From Candidatus Poribacteria bacterium (GTDB lineage Bacteria; Poribacteria; WGA-4E; WGA-3G), in NCBI GenBank assembly GCA_965197475.1, contig CBDANF010000003.1:2592001-2656000 (forward strand): a stretch of 64,000 nucleotides of DNA. The letters are read 5' to 3'. The stretch's first letter is position 1. The number at the start of each line of letters is the position of its first letter. A program made the position numbers and the translations under genes. Shown one piece after another: positions 1-9,019 of this stretch. The notes under the pieces are model-generated. The model was not told the origin of the DNA. It did no database searches and worked only from the letters and a program-made list of their open reading frames with translations.

Positions 1-1
1 A

Positions 2-1222
2 TGGGCAGATGGTGAAGTGTTTGATCATTCAGCTTATGCTTTGATTACGCTTGAATCTACGCTTGCCCGGAATGGTGTGACGATGAGAGTTGGCAGTGAT
101 GACTCTGTAAAAGTATGGCTCAACGGAGAGGTGGTTCATAAAAACTCAGTCGACCGAGGCTCAGGGGGCTATCAAGATACATTTCAAGTTAACCTAAAAC
201 AGGGTAATAACTTGTTGTTAATGAAGGTAAGTCAAGCTTGGGGAAATTGGAGTATGTTCGTCGGTGTGGATGCCGATGTAAAAGCAATCTATAAAGCTCC
301 ACTGTCCGAAATGGAGAAGGTTACGTTGCTTCTGGATTGGTTTCCGAATGTAGATCATGCTCCCCTTTATGTTGCGCAACAGAATAAAACTTTTGCCAAA
401 CATGGGTTAGAGGTCGAATTGCGATGGGGTGGTGATCCGAATGCCCCGTTGAAACTTGTGGCAGCTGGAAAAGCACCATTTGCAGTAAGCTACCAACAGA
501 GCGTGACAATTGCACGAGCAAGCGAAGAGGTTCTACCCGTCAAATCGATCGGGCTACTTGTTGAACATCCGCTCAACACAATCAGTTTTTTGAAAAAGTC
601 GGGCATTAAAACCCCGGCAGATTTCAAAGGAAAAAAGATCGGATACACGGTCGCACCGTTGGATGTACTTCTGTTTAATGCGATCGCTGCAAACGCCGGA
701 TTAACAAAAGATGACTATGAATTGATAAACATAGGTACGAATATTATGACACCCCTCGTGAGTGGTCAGATTGATGCAGTCATCGGACCATTTCGGAACT
801 ACGAAATTAATATGCTGAAACTTGAAGGTGAAGAAGCCGATTTTTTCGCTCTTGAGAAACACGGTATTCCGGACTATTATGAGTTAGTCATTATTTCTAA
901 TGACGCTTTTTTAGAAAAGCATCCAGAGACCGCTAAAAAACTGATGATGGCAATTCAGGAAGCAATTAAATTTACGAAAAAGAATCCTGACAATGCGCTG
1001 CAACTCTTTTTTAAGGCAAATCCTGATGCGCGAAAAGATTTAGAAGAACTCGCTTTTCGGGATACGTTGGACCTATTTGCCACAACACAGGTACAGTCCA
1101 AAGAAAAGTGGGAGGCTTTCACGAAATTCGCACTTGAAAAAGGATTGATTTCCAAAGCAGTCAAGGTAGAAGACCTCTTCATCAATTTATTAGAAGAAGA
1201 AACGGCTGCCCCCAAGCGTTAA
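2..1222 (+). CDS. NMT1/THI5-like (ThiY) thiamine-precursor ABC substrate-binding domain fused to an N-terminal beta-sandwich (PA14-like) domain; 5'-truncated by the window edge
   Basis: The frame is open from base 2. LDWFPNVDHAPLYVA, DFKGKKIGY and GIPDYYELV are ThiY/NMT1 motifs. N-terminal GSDDSVKVWLNG...LKQGNNLLLMKV resembles a carbohydrate-binding beta-sandwich. The gene is coupled to thiO. Confidence 0.8.
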   Translation, partial: WADGEVFDHSAYALITLESTLARNGVTMRVGSDDSVKVWLNGEVVHKNSVDRGSGGYQDTFQVNLKQGNNLLLMKVSQAWGNWSMFVGVDADVKAIYKAPLSEMEKVTLLLDWFPNVDHAPLYVAQQNKTFAKHGLEVELRWGGDPNAPLKLVAAGKAPFAVSYQQSVTIARASEEVLPVKSIGLLVEHPLNTISFLKKSGIKTPADFKGKKIGYTVAPLDVLLFNAIAANAGLTKDDYELINIGTNIMTPLVSGQIDAVIGPFRNYEINMLKLEGEEADFFALEKHGIPDYYELVIISNDAFLEKHPETAKKLMMAIQEAIKFTKKNPDNALQLFFKANPDARKDLEELAFRDTLDLFATTQVQSKEKWEAFTKFALEKGLISKAVKVEDLFINLLEEETAAPKR

Positions 1223-2358
1223 TGGCAAACAAAAACATAATTCTCATCGGTGGCGGTGCGATTGGACTCGGTATCGGGTGGCAACTCACAAAGGCAGAGG
1301 CATCAGTCACCATTTTTGAACGCGACCGGGCCGGGCGGGCCGCCTCTTGGGCTGCAGCAGGGATGCTTGCGCCCCTTGCCGAAGCGCATACGGAAGAACC
1401 GGAACTGCTGAAGTTAGGAAGTGAAAGTTTAGCACGCTATCCACAATGGGTTGACGAATTAGAAGCAGATGCACAGATGACCATTGGCTATCGGGTGGAA
1501 GGCACGCTTGTTGTCGGATTGGATACTGATGATACGCATCAACTGCGACATCTTTACACGGCACAACAGCACTTAGGTTTGGATGTGCAGTGGTTAAGCG
1601 GACGAGAGGCGCGGGACATTGAACCAGCACTCTCGCCGCGTGTCACCGCTGCGATTCACTGTGCAACCGACTATCAGGTTGACAATAGGTTGATGGTCAA
1701 GGCACTCCAACGTGCTTATCAGGCGTGCGGTGGTGTGTTGCATGAAAATAGCACTGTTGAAAGAGTCGACATAAAGAATGGCGTGGCGAATGGTATCCAT
1801 ACACAAGAAGGATTCTATGCTGCAGATGTCGTTATTCTTTCAGCTGGATGCTGGTCAGCACAGGTTGAAGGTTTACCAGATGCTATCCGACCGATGGTAC
1901 GTCCCGTCAAAGGCCAAATGTTGGCATTGCAGATGGAAGAGGGTATTGATGTAAAAACAGTTATCCGCACCGTACGTGCAAGGTATCCGACCTCAGTATA
2001 TCTGGTGCCGCGATCTGATGGTAGACTTATCGTCGGCGCGACGAGTGAAGAGATGGGGTTTGATACCCGATTAACCGCGGGGGGTATGTTTGAATTGCTT
2101 CGCGGCGCGTGGGAAGTGGTGCCGGGTGTTTATGAATTGCCCATCATGGAAACTTGGGCAGGATTGCGTCCCGGTAGCAGAGACAATGCACCTATACTTG
2201 GCAAAACACCAGTTAAAAATCTCATATATGCCACAGGACATTATCGCAACGGCATCTTACTTACCCCAATTACGGCTTACGAGATTACTAAACTGATTTT
2301 GACCGGTGAGATGTCAGAAACTATCGCTCCATTTCAGTTAGAAAGGTTTTTAAGATAA
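1222..2358 (+). CDS. thiO: Glycine oxidase ThiO
   Basis: GGGAIG FAD motif, ASWAAAGMLAP, RPVKGQ, WAGLRP and GHYRNGILL; lies upstream of thiS/thiG. Confidence 0.93.
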   Translation: MANKNIILIGGGAIGLGIGWQLTKAEASVTIFERDRAGRAASWAAAGMLAPLAEAHTEEPELLKLGSESLARYPQWVDELEADAQMTIGYRVEGTLVVGLDTDDTHQLRHLYTAQQHLGLDVQWLSGREARDIEPALSPRVTAAIHCATDYQVDNRLMVKALQRAYQACGGVLHENSTVERVDIKNGVANGIHTQEGFYAADVVILSAGCWSAQVEGLPDAIRPMVRPVKGQMLALQMEEGIDVKTVIRTVRARYPTSVYLVPRSDGRLIVGATSEEMGFDTRLTAGGMFELLRGAWEVVPGVYELPIMETWAGLRPGSRDNAPILGKTPVKNLIYATGHYRNGILLTPITAYEITKLILTGEMSETIAPFQLERFLR

Positions 2359-2364
2359 CAAGAG

Positions 2365-2580
2365 GTGTTGAAAATGCATATACACGTGAATGGCGAAGGT
2401 AGAGAAGTACGCCTCAATTTGAATGTCTACGAATTGCTCATAGACTTAGAGGTGAGTCCGGATCAGTCCGGCATAGCAGTTGCAGTCAATAGAGAAGTTA
2501 TTCCGAAAACGATATGGAAAAAGATAGAACTTCGCGAGGATAGTGAGGTTGAGATTATCCGGGCAGTTCAGGGTGGTTAA
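2365..2580 (+). CDS. thiS: Sulfur carrier protein ThiS
   Basis: ~70 aa, IAVAVNREVI, C-terminal VQGG. Confidence 0.93.
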   Translation: MLKMHIHVNGEGREVRLNLNVYELLIDLEVSPDQSGIAVAVNREVIPKTIWKKIELREDSEVEIIRAVQGG

Positions 2581-2671
2581 TGGCGGATTCGGAGTGCTGA
2601 CAAAACGCATAGCAGATTTTGTAGTTATGAAATGTATTGATAAAGAGGTATGGAATCTGTTATACTAAAAA

Positions 2672-2976
2672 ATGAAATACGGTTTATCTGATCAGACGCT
2701 CCAAAAATTCGCGATGTGTTCGTTTGATATCCGCAGGTAGAGGATGTTGTGTTATACGGTTCTCGCGCAAGAGCCGACTACAAAAACGGTACTGACATAG
2801 ATATGACACTCCACGGTGGAAATGCATTAAAACACACAATCCTCTCCAAGATAGCAAATGATCTTGACAATTAGTTGCTGCCTTATACTATTGATCTGTC
2901 TATCTTCAAGAATATCAGTAATCCAGATTTACTAAAGCAAATTGTGCGTGCTGGTGAATCAATTTATAAAAAATAG
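2672..2976 (+). pseudogene. Minimal nucleotidyltransferase (MNT antitoxin, HI0073-like) pseudogene
   Basis: Manual translation MKYGLSDQTLQK / RDVFV*YPQVEDVVLYGSRARADYKNGTDIDMTL...DLDN*LLPYTIDLSIF...IYKK* retains GS...DxD but has a frameshift and two stops. Confidence 0.85.
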
Positions 2977-2978
2977 GC

Positions 2979-3761
2979 GTGGGACGAAAATTGCAAGAAC
3001 TCAAAATCGCAGATCAAACATATACATCAAGGCTACTTATCGGAACAGCGGCATATCCGAATTTTCATATCATGACAGAGGCTATTGTGGCAAGCGGTGC
3101 GGAAATTGCCACAATATCAATGCGTCGCGTGAAATTTACGGATACACCCGGCGAAAATCTGTTCGCGCTCCTGCGTGAACGTGGTATGACGATCCTTCCC
3201 AATACCGCAGGTTGTTTCACGGCAAAGGACGCTATTCTGACAGCGCAGCTTGCGCGTGAAGCACTTGAAACAACGCTGATTAAACTTGAAGTTATCGGAG
3301 ATGAACAGACGTTATTTCCAGATGTAGAGCAGCTTCTCAACGCAGCAGAGACGCTTGTAAAAGATGGATTTACTGTGCTACCTTATTGTAACGACGATCC
3401 GATCACCTGTAAGAAATTAGAGGATATCGGGTGCGCCGCCGTGATGCCGTTGGGTGCACCGATCGGTTCTGGGATGGGGATACGCAATCCGTATAATATT
3501 CAGATTATCCGAGACTTGGTGCAAGTACCGCTTATCGTTGATGCAGGGGTCGGGACTGCCTCAGATGCAGCGATTGCGATGGAATTAGGGTGTGAGGGTG
3601 TTCTGCTCAACACTGCGGTAGCGAAAGCACATCGTCCCGTGCTAATGGCAGAAGCGATGAAAAAAGCGGTCGAAGCTGGTAGAGCCGCGTACTTAGCTGG
3701 ACGCATTCCACGAAAACTCTACGCGACTACTTCAAGTCCACAAGATGGCATGATTGAGTAA
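2979..3761 (+). CDS. thiG: Thiazole synthase ThiG
   Basis: [38 protein letters not shown]. Confidence 0.97.
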   Translation: MGRKLQELKIADQTYTSRLLIGTAAYPNFHIMTEAIVASGAEIATISMRRVKFTDTPGENLFALLRERGMTILPNTAGCFTAKDAILTAQLAREALETTLIKLEVIGDEQTLFPDVEQLLNAAETLVKDGFTVLPYCNDDPITCKKLEDIGCAAVMPLGAPIGSGMGIRNPYNIQIIRDLVQVPLIVDAGVGTASDAAIAMELGCEGVLLNTAVAKAHRPVLMAEAMKKAVEAGRAAYLAGRIPRKLYATTSSPQDGMIE

Positions 3762-3791
3762 AAAGCGAAACACCTATGATTTATAAACATT

Positions 3792-5069
3792 GTGTCCCTT
3801 TGGGGTAAGGGACACAGCAATGTTTCAACCACAATAGAATTGGAGTCGCCATTGAAAAAGATAACACTCTCTTTTTGGATAGGTGTATTCATCTGCAACC
3901 TACTACTCGCGGGACAATTCCATCTCGCTTTTGCACAATTTCAGAGCGAATTCGGACAGGAGCTGCTACAACTTGAACCCGAAACACCCGAAACTAACCC
4001 CACAAAACTGACAATTGATGCACACCTCTCCAATACCTTTAACAATCATATTGAACTTGGATTAAGCGTTGATCCCTATACCAGCAGCCTCGCTGGACAA
4101 GAAAGTCCACAACTTGAGGGTATAATTAACCGGTTAGGTGTAAATTTGCGTGGCGATCTACCGATTCTGGATAATAAACTCCGACTCAAGCTACAATACT
4201 TCCCCCAGCTCGAAAACTACATAGGGGCATCAGGGAAACTTAACGAATTTGATGCGTTCTCTGATGTTTCATCAAGTGAACTAAGTTTTCGTCCGTTTTC
4301 AAGTTTACCCGAATTTGCAGTCTCTAATCAGTTTCAACGCTTGAAGCGAACACTGAATGTCTACAACAACATCGAACAGCAGATCAGTCTCCGCTTTGGG
4401 CGTGTTTTAGAATATAATCTGCGAATTCACCGATTTGACGATGAATCCCAACTGAGAGAGGATTTCCTGCTAATCGGTTCTATGAACCATAAGGCAACTA
4501 CACGTCTTCAATTCGGATTGCTCAAACAGATGTTAGGCAAAGTAGAGTATGCAATTGAATATGGGCGTTACCAAACCAATTTGAACAATCTCATCTTAGG
4601 ATTTGCAAAGATTGAAGAAGGCCAACGTCGGACAGATTGGCGACATTTCGGTGCTGCGAAGTTGATACAAACAGCAGTGGAACGTTTCGTTTTCCAAGAG
4701 GAAATTAACCTCTTTTTAAACCGTTCCAACATAGACTTCTTTAACTTCGCGAGTGCTGAAGCAGCGTTGAGCACATTTTATAGGTTTGACACAGGACGTT
4801 GGGTTCGACTCCGATTCTCCCGTCTCTGGGTGTGGTTTGAAGGCAGACAAATTCGGGATGAGACCGGTCTTATACTGGAAGATGCTGAAAATCGTAGTGA
4901 TACGCAATTCGGTTTGACAGCGCAGTTTAACTGGAAATTCACGTCTTATCTGACGTTGAGTGCTGACTACCAATTCACCCAAAACCACACGAATGAGTTA
5001 GACCCGATACTCAATTTCCTCAACTATAATCATAGTATTGTAAGTTTAACGGTGCGCGGAAATTATTAG
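3792..5069 (+). CDS. Putative outer-membrane beta-barrel protein (start may be TTG at ~3852)
   Basis: Signal-peptide-like N-terminus, alternating amphipathic beta-strands, terminal aromatic residue (SLTVRGNY). Confidence 0.6.
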   Translation: MSLWGKGHSNVSTTIELESPLKKITLSFWIGVFICNLLLAGQFHLAFAQFQSEFGQELLQLEPETPETNPTKLTIDAHLSNTFNNHIELGLSVDPYTSSLAGQESPQLEGIINRLGVNLRGDLPILDNKLRLKLQYFPQLENYIGASGKLNEFDAFSDVSSSELSFRPFSSLPEFAVSNQFQRLKRTLNVYNNIEQQISLRFGRVLEYNLRIHRFDDESQLREDFLLIGSMNHKATTRLQFGLLKQMLGKVEYAIEYGRYQTNLNNLILGFAKIEEGQRRTDWRHFGAAKLIQTAVERFVFQEEINLFLNRSNIDFFNFASAEAALSTFYRFDTGRWVRLRFSRLWVWFEGRQIRDETGLILEDAENRSDTQFGLTAQFNWKFTSYLTLSADYQFTQNHTNELDPILNFLNYNHSIVSLTVRGNY

Positions 5070-5072
5070 AAT

Positions 5073-5487
5073 TAACGTGAGTTCAAAATAAGAATTCAAG
5101 TATATCTGTAGGTGGGGTAGAGCGGTAAAAAACAATCTGCTGCTACCAAGTTTTCACGGGGGTTATGCGTTTCAGTGCCTATTGTATGGATAGGTATAGC
5201 GAAACCCAACAATTAACCGCCGCAACATGAAAGTGTGTTAGGTTTCACGTTGTTCTACCCATAGGTGTCAATTTAAGAAAAAATGTTTTATGGGTGGTGT
5301 ATAGCCCCAGAGGGGCGGAATGTGTATAGAAAACGGTGTCAAATACCCTCTTGAACTCCGACAAATACCATACGCGCATTTGGCGTTGATTCGCGGGGCA
5401 GCATGCGCGTATGGCATGCTGCATGAGGTGTATAGATACGCGGTAAAACAAACTCTTGAGTTATACACCTTTCGTCCCTCTGGGGTT
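5073..5487. repeat. Mosaic of nested palindromic repeats and an IS982-like end
   Basis: TAACGTGAGTT (IS982 TIR-like) at 5073; GGGTAGAGCG 5115 / TGTTCTACCC 5251; GAAACCCAACA / TGTTAGGTTTC; AGCCCCAGAGGGGCGGA 5303 / TTCGTCCCTCTGGGGTT 5471; perfect CCATACGCGCAT 5368 / ATGCGCGTATGG 5403. Confidence 0.75.
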
Positions 5488-5494
5488 CAATTCT

Positions 5495-5590
5495 TTAGGG
5501 TATCGTTTTTCTGATTGTACATTCAATTCGCTTCTCTTCATTATATGCCGGTATGACTATTGACAGAGAAATCTGATTGTTAAAATCCAT
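5495..5590 (-). pseudogene. N-terminal remnant of a GT2 glycosyltransferase
   Basis: MDFNNQISLSIVIPAYNEEKRIECTI is the classic GT2 N-terminal motif. The frame stops after ~31 aa, where the repeat mosaic begins. Confidence 0.75.
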
Positions 5591-5660
5591 TGTGACGTCC
5601 CGTTTCACGTTGATAAGTAATGGACAGCCGACGAAGATGCCATCTGGATGTGAGGAATTC

Positions 5661-6491
5661 TTATGGATCTGGGGTTGCAAAGTCATACCATTCAAGAATG
5701 CGCCAATCTCCACCTTCTCGAAGTTCCAAGACAAAAATCATGCGTCCTGATGGATAGGAATTGCCATGCATGGGCGAGAATAATTTGAGTCCGTAATCGT
5801 AGTCAACCATAGCGAGCGTATCACTCAAGAATTCGATATCTCCACTTCTATAGAGATTCAGTTCAATGCCATCCAATGTATTGAACATATTCAATACCCC
5901 ATTGTGCTCTTGTTGACCGCTCCGAAATATCAGATCATCATCTTGATAGTCAGGTGTGCCCATGTCGCTGACATAGAAGAAGCTATCTTCCCATATCGCG
6001 GACATATACCCTTCAATATCGTAAGTTTCAAGACTATTTCTCCATTGATCCTCAATCGTGGTTTTTATGCGTGAGGTCTCAAGTTCATAATCGATTTCAT
6101 CATTTTCTGCCTCTTCTGAATTGGAATCCTCTTATTCTGTTTCCTCAAGAGTGTCCTCCTCCGTAGGGATGGAAGAAAGCCATGCTTGAAACTCTCTGAT
6201 TTCAGCATCGCTGCTCTGAGCGGTAGGCACGGTCTCTGGAACAGGTATCATTTCTACTTCAGGAGATTCAATGTTTACCTCTTCTTGTTGTGTTTCTGTT
6301 CCCATATCAGAAGTGCTCTGAACAAATGGAGATTTAGTGATTTGCCGTTCCTCTAACTTGACTGTTTTGATGATTCGTTGTGTTCTCTCTACATCAGACG
6401 ATTGGAGTTTCAACACTTGAAATCCAATGAATCCGACAGCAAGAACACCAAGGATACCGATGATTATTTTAACCTTATTTTTCCCTTTCAT
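5661..6491 (-). pseudogene. Membrane-anchored protein with a C-terminal NTF2/SnoaL-like domain, split by one in-frame TAA (6132-6134)
   Basis: ORFs 6132..6515 and 5661..6005 share a frame. Reading through the TAA gives EDSNSEEAENDEIDYELETSRIKTTIEDQWRNSLETYDIEGYMSAIW with no other stop. Confidence 0.75.
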
Positions 6492-6560
6492 TGCTGTGGT
6501 ACCTCCTGAAATCAATTCAGTTGATGTTTGTAAAACAACTTGCAGTCGTTGTACAATTTA

Positions 6561-7573
6561 ACGTGAGTTTGATAAATATTTTTAGAAGTTACATATCATT
6601 GGCAACTGACAGTCTTTTTCCTGAAGTTCTTTATGTTTGAGTGAAGGTTTCTTCTTCAGATAGGTATAAGCGATCAAGGCAGAAACTGTGTTCACTTGAA
6701 AGTTAACAGGACTTCTATGTCGTGTGTGTTGTCCCTCTGTCTAACTTTTGAGTTTTTTATTTACGGACTCAACGAGCATCCGTTTCTTCAAGAGTGATGC
6801 ATCAGCATCAGACAAAGGTTCAGGTTTCATATTCGGACGCACTTTGTAAATGAGGGACACGCCTTCTTCTTGGAGTCTCTCCCGCAGATTTTTGGCGATA
6901 TATCCTTTATCAGCAAAAACTTTGCCAAAGAGCCCTTGACACAACTGTGGCACGGGTTGCCTGTCATCTACGTTTCCCCGTGTCACCATAGCGGACAACA
7001 GTTCACCTTGGTCGTTGATGACGATATGTAGTTTGAACCCATAGAACCACCCCATAGAAGTTTTAGCACGACCTGCACACTCAGCGAAGACGCGATGCGC
7101 TGAAATCCGACGATTGTGGCAGACCGGAAGGGGTGTTGAGTCTATGAAGGAAATCCCACGACATTCACCGAAACGGGTGTTCAGAAAAATAGACAACGGA
7201 ACCAATACCTCTTGTGAGAGCTGCACAAAACGACTATAGCTGACAAGTTTTGGAAACGCCCAACGCAACTGGCAGCAAACATAATCCTGATAATAGGCTT
7301 TAAAGTTTTTATACTGCTTCTGATGAAAATGCACAAGTATCGTCATGACTTCGCTCGGATGAAGACACCGAAGTCTGCCACGGGTATTGCTTGTTCCGGG
7401 GATTTCCGGTAACTGGTGTTGTGCTTGATAGTGTTCGGACGCAAGAAAAAAGTCGTCAATTTCACAGAAAAGTGTTATGATATCCATCAGAGAACTCCTT
7501 TGTCCGTATTTGATATACTTCATAATAACAAAGGGGTTCTCTATTTACCAGTTTTTAATTATCAAACTCACGT
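6561..7573 (-). mobile_element. IS982-family insertion sequence
   Basis: Perfect inverted repeats ACGTGAGTTTGATAA (6561) / TTATCAAACTCACGT (7559-7573) enclose a ~1 kb DDE transposase gene. Confidence 0.92.
6582..7487 (-). pseudogene. IS982 transposase with a premature TAG at 6741-6743
   Basis: FIDSTPLPVC, GWFYGFKLH, ADKGY, KKRMLVES. After the TAG the frame continues TEGQHTRHRSPVNFQVN..., the conserved IS982 C-terminus, to TAA at 6582. Confidence 0.85.
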
Positions 7574-7611
7574 TATTATAGATTTTAGAATTAACGATAC
7601 ACCGTTGATCG

Positions 7612-7636
7612 ACGCGCTTACAAGCGCGCCTACAGG
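7612..7636 (+). repeat. REP-like palindrome (GCGCTTACAAGCGCGCCTAC family)
   Basis: Near-identical copies at 26116-26142 (+) and 49689-49714 (-). Confidence 0.8.
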
Positions 7637-7643
7637 CAAGTGT

Positions 7644-8447
7644 CTACTTATTTTTTATGGCACTCCATGTCGTGGCGAGTTTGCCATTCGGTTCAACATC
7701 AAGCGTATCCACAACCAAGTTGTTAATTTCTTTTTCACTGAGAACAGCGTTGTAGATTCTTGCATCTTCAACACGAGCGACGACCCAACCGTGGGCTGTT
7801 CCAGCAATAAGGGCGCGAGGACCGAAGAGTGCTTCCACATCGCCTGCTACCCAAGATACAATTGGTCCCATCGTATAATCGCCGATTATCTCTCCATTAC
7901 GGTATATCATAATCTTTGCATTGCCGCCATCATCTTCGTAAGAAATTGCCAATTGAATAAGTTTACCTGTCTCTTTTTCCGCAGACCCGTGGGATGCATT
8001 TTGGGTGCGTTTAAAGTTACTGCTACCAGCCATCCAATGTTTCGCGTGCTTCTCGGCGTAGACGATAGTGTCAAACGTATCGCCACTGCTCTTATTTACT
8101 GCAAGTGGCGCACCATGTGTGACGTTAAGGTCGTCTAAATATATCCACGTTACCAAAGTTTTATCGGGACCAATCTTCGGACCTTCATATCCCGTGGTCA
8201 ATGCCCATTTATTGCTGCCGATGTGCAATTTGCCATCCTTGACTTCGGCACCCCTAAATTCAATATCCCCAAAATTACCTGTAAGATCTTTTTGTTCAAC
8301 CCCATTTTCAAATGTCCAGTGTCCAATCAAATCTTCCTTCTTCTCTCCCTGCCCAAACGCTGTTGATAGCGAAAAACTGAGTAGAAGCAGTACAGAGAAG
8401 ACCCATACGAAAATGTGTACCAAGTGTTTCACGGTTACTTCCTCCAT
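7644..8447 (-). CDS. Secreted LamG/concanavalin-like domain protein with a C-terminal VEPxGKLATTW motif
   Basis: Signal peptide, LIGHWTFE, VEDARIYNAVLSEKEI, tail VEPNGKLATTWSAIK. Confidence 0.85.
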   Translation of the reverse strand: MEEVTVKHLVHIFVWVFSVLLLLSFSLSTAFGQGEKKEDLIGHWTFENGVEQKDLTGNFGDIEFRGAEVKDGKLHIGSNKWALTTGYEGPKIGPDKTLVTWIYLDDLNVTHGAPLAVNKSSGDTFDTIVYAEKHAKHWMAGSSNFKRTQNASHGSAEKETGKLIQLAISYEDDGGNAKIMIYRNGEIIGDYTMGPIVSWVAGDVEALFGPRALIAGTAHGWVVARVEDARIYNAVLSEKEINNLVVDTLDVEPNGKLATTWSAIKNK

Positions 8448-8615
8448 TGTTGACTCGGGTTAAGATTTTCTTACAATCGCTGAAATTAAAGTTAAGCATA
8501 TCACACACAATAAAAAATGTCACGTTTATTCAGCAGACGAAAAAACTTGCAATTTCCAAAAAAATTTGGTAAAATTAAGATGAATTCCTTTCATAATCAG
8601 GAGGATATATACCAA

Positions 8616-8867
8616 ATGGACATTAGAATTGAGTATTGCACATCCTGAAACTATAAACCACGGGCAGCCAGTTTGGCAGAAGCCTTAGAAGAAAAATGTA
8701 GTGGTCAGGTTGAGAACGTGAAGCTCGTTGAAAGTAGTGGTGGTGCTTTTGAAGTATACCTAAATGAGGAATTGCTCTACTCTAAGTTAGAGGCGCGAAA
8801 ATTTCCAACAACGGAGCAAATCACCACAGCAATTGACAAAGTATCCACAGCAATTGACAAAGTGTAA
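8616..8867 (+). CDS. SelW/SelT/SelH (Rdx family) selenoprotein, CxxU
   Basis: GGAGG RBS and ATG at 8616. MDIRIEYCTS-TGA(8646)-NYKPRAASLAE continues in frame into ORF 8673..8867, which contains GGAFEVYLN...LYSK...FP. Confidence 0.92.
8649..8686 (+). promoter_or_regulatory. Candidate bacterial SECIS hairpin
   Basis: GGC-A-GCCA-GTT-TGGC-AGAA-GCC stem-loop with an apical G about 22 nt after the UGA. Confidence 0.5.
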
Positions 8868-8877
8868 CGAATAACAG

Positions 8878-8918
8878 CGGGCATGGTAGACCAACTACCA
8901 TGCCCGTTCTCTTTCTTT
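8878..8918 (+). terminator. Intrinsic terminator
   Basis: CGGGCATGGTAG-ACCAA-CTACCATGCCCG followed by TTCTCTTTCTTT. Confidence 0.8.
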
Positions 8919-9019
8919 AAATCTAACTAAAACATATTCCCATCATATTATTTTGGTAACATATCATCTACCAAATCATAGTTGTTCAAAAAGAATAATA
9001 CATTACGCTTCTCCGTTTT

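Noticed and set aside
5245-5514. Short ORFs across the repeat mosaic
   Set aside because: Open frames within palindromic repeats; no RBS or protein motifs.
7416-8138. 240-aa plus-strand ORF
   Set aside because: Antisense shadow of the LamG gene and the IS982 end; no recognisable motifs.
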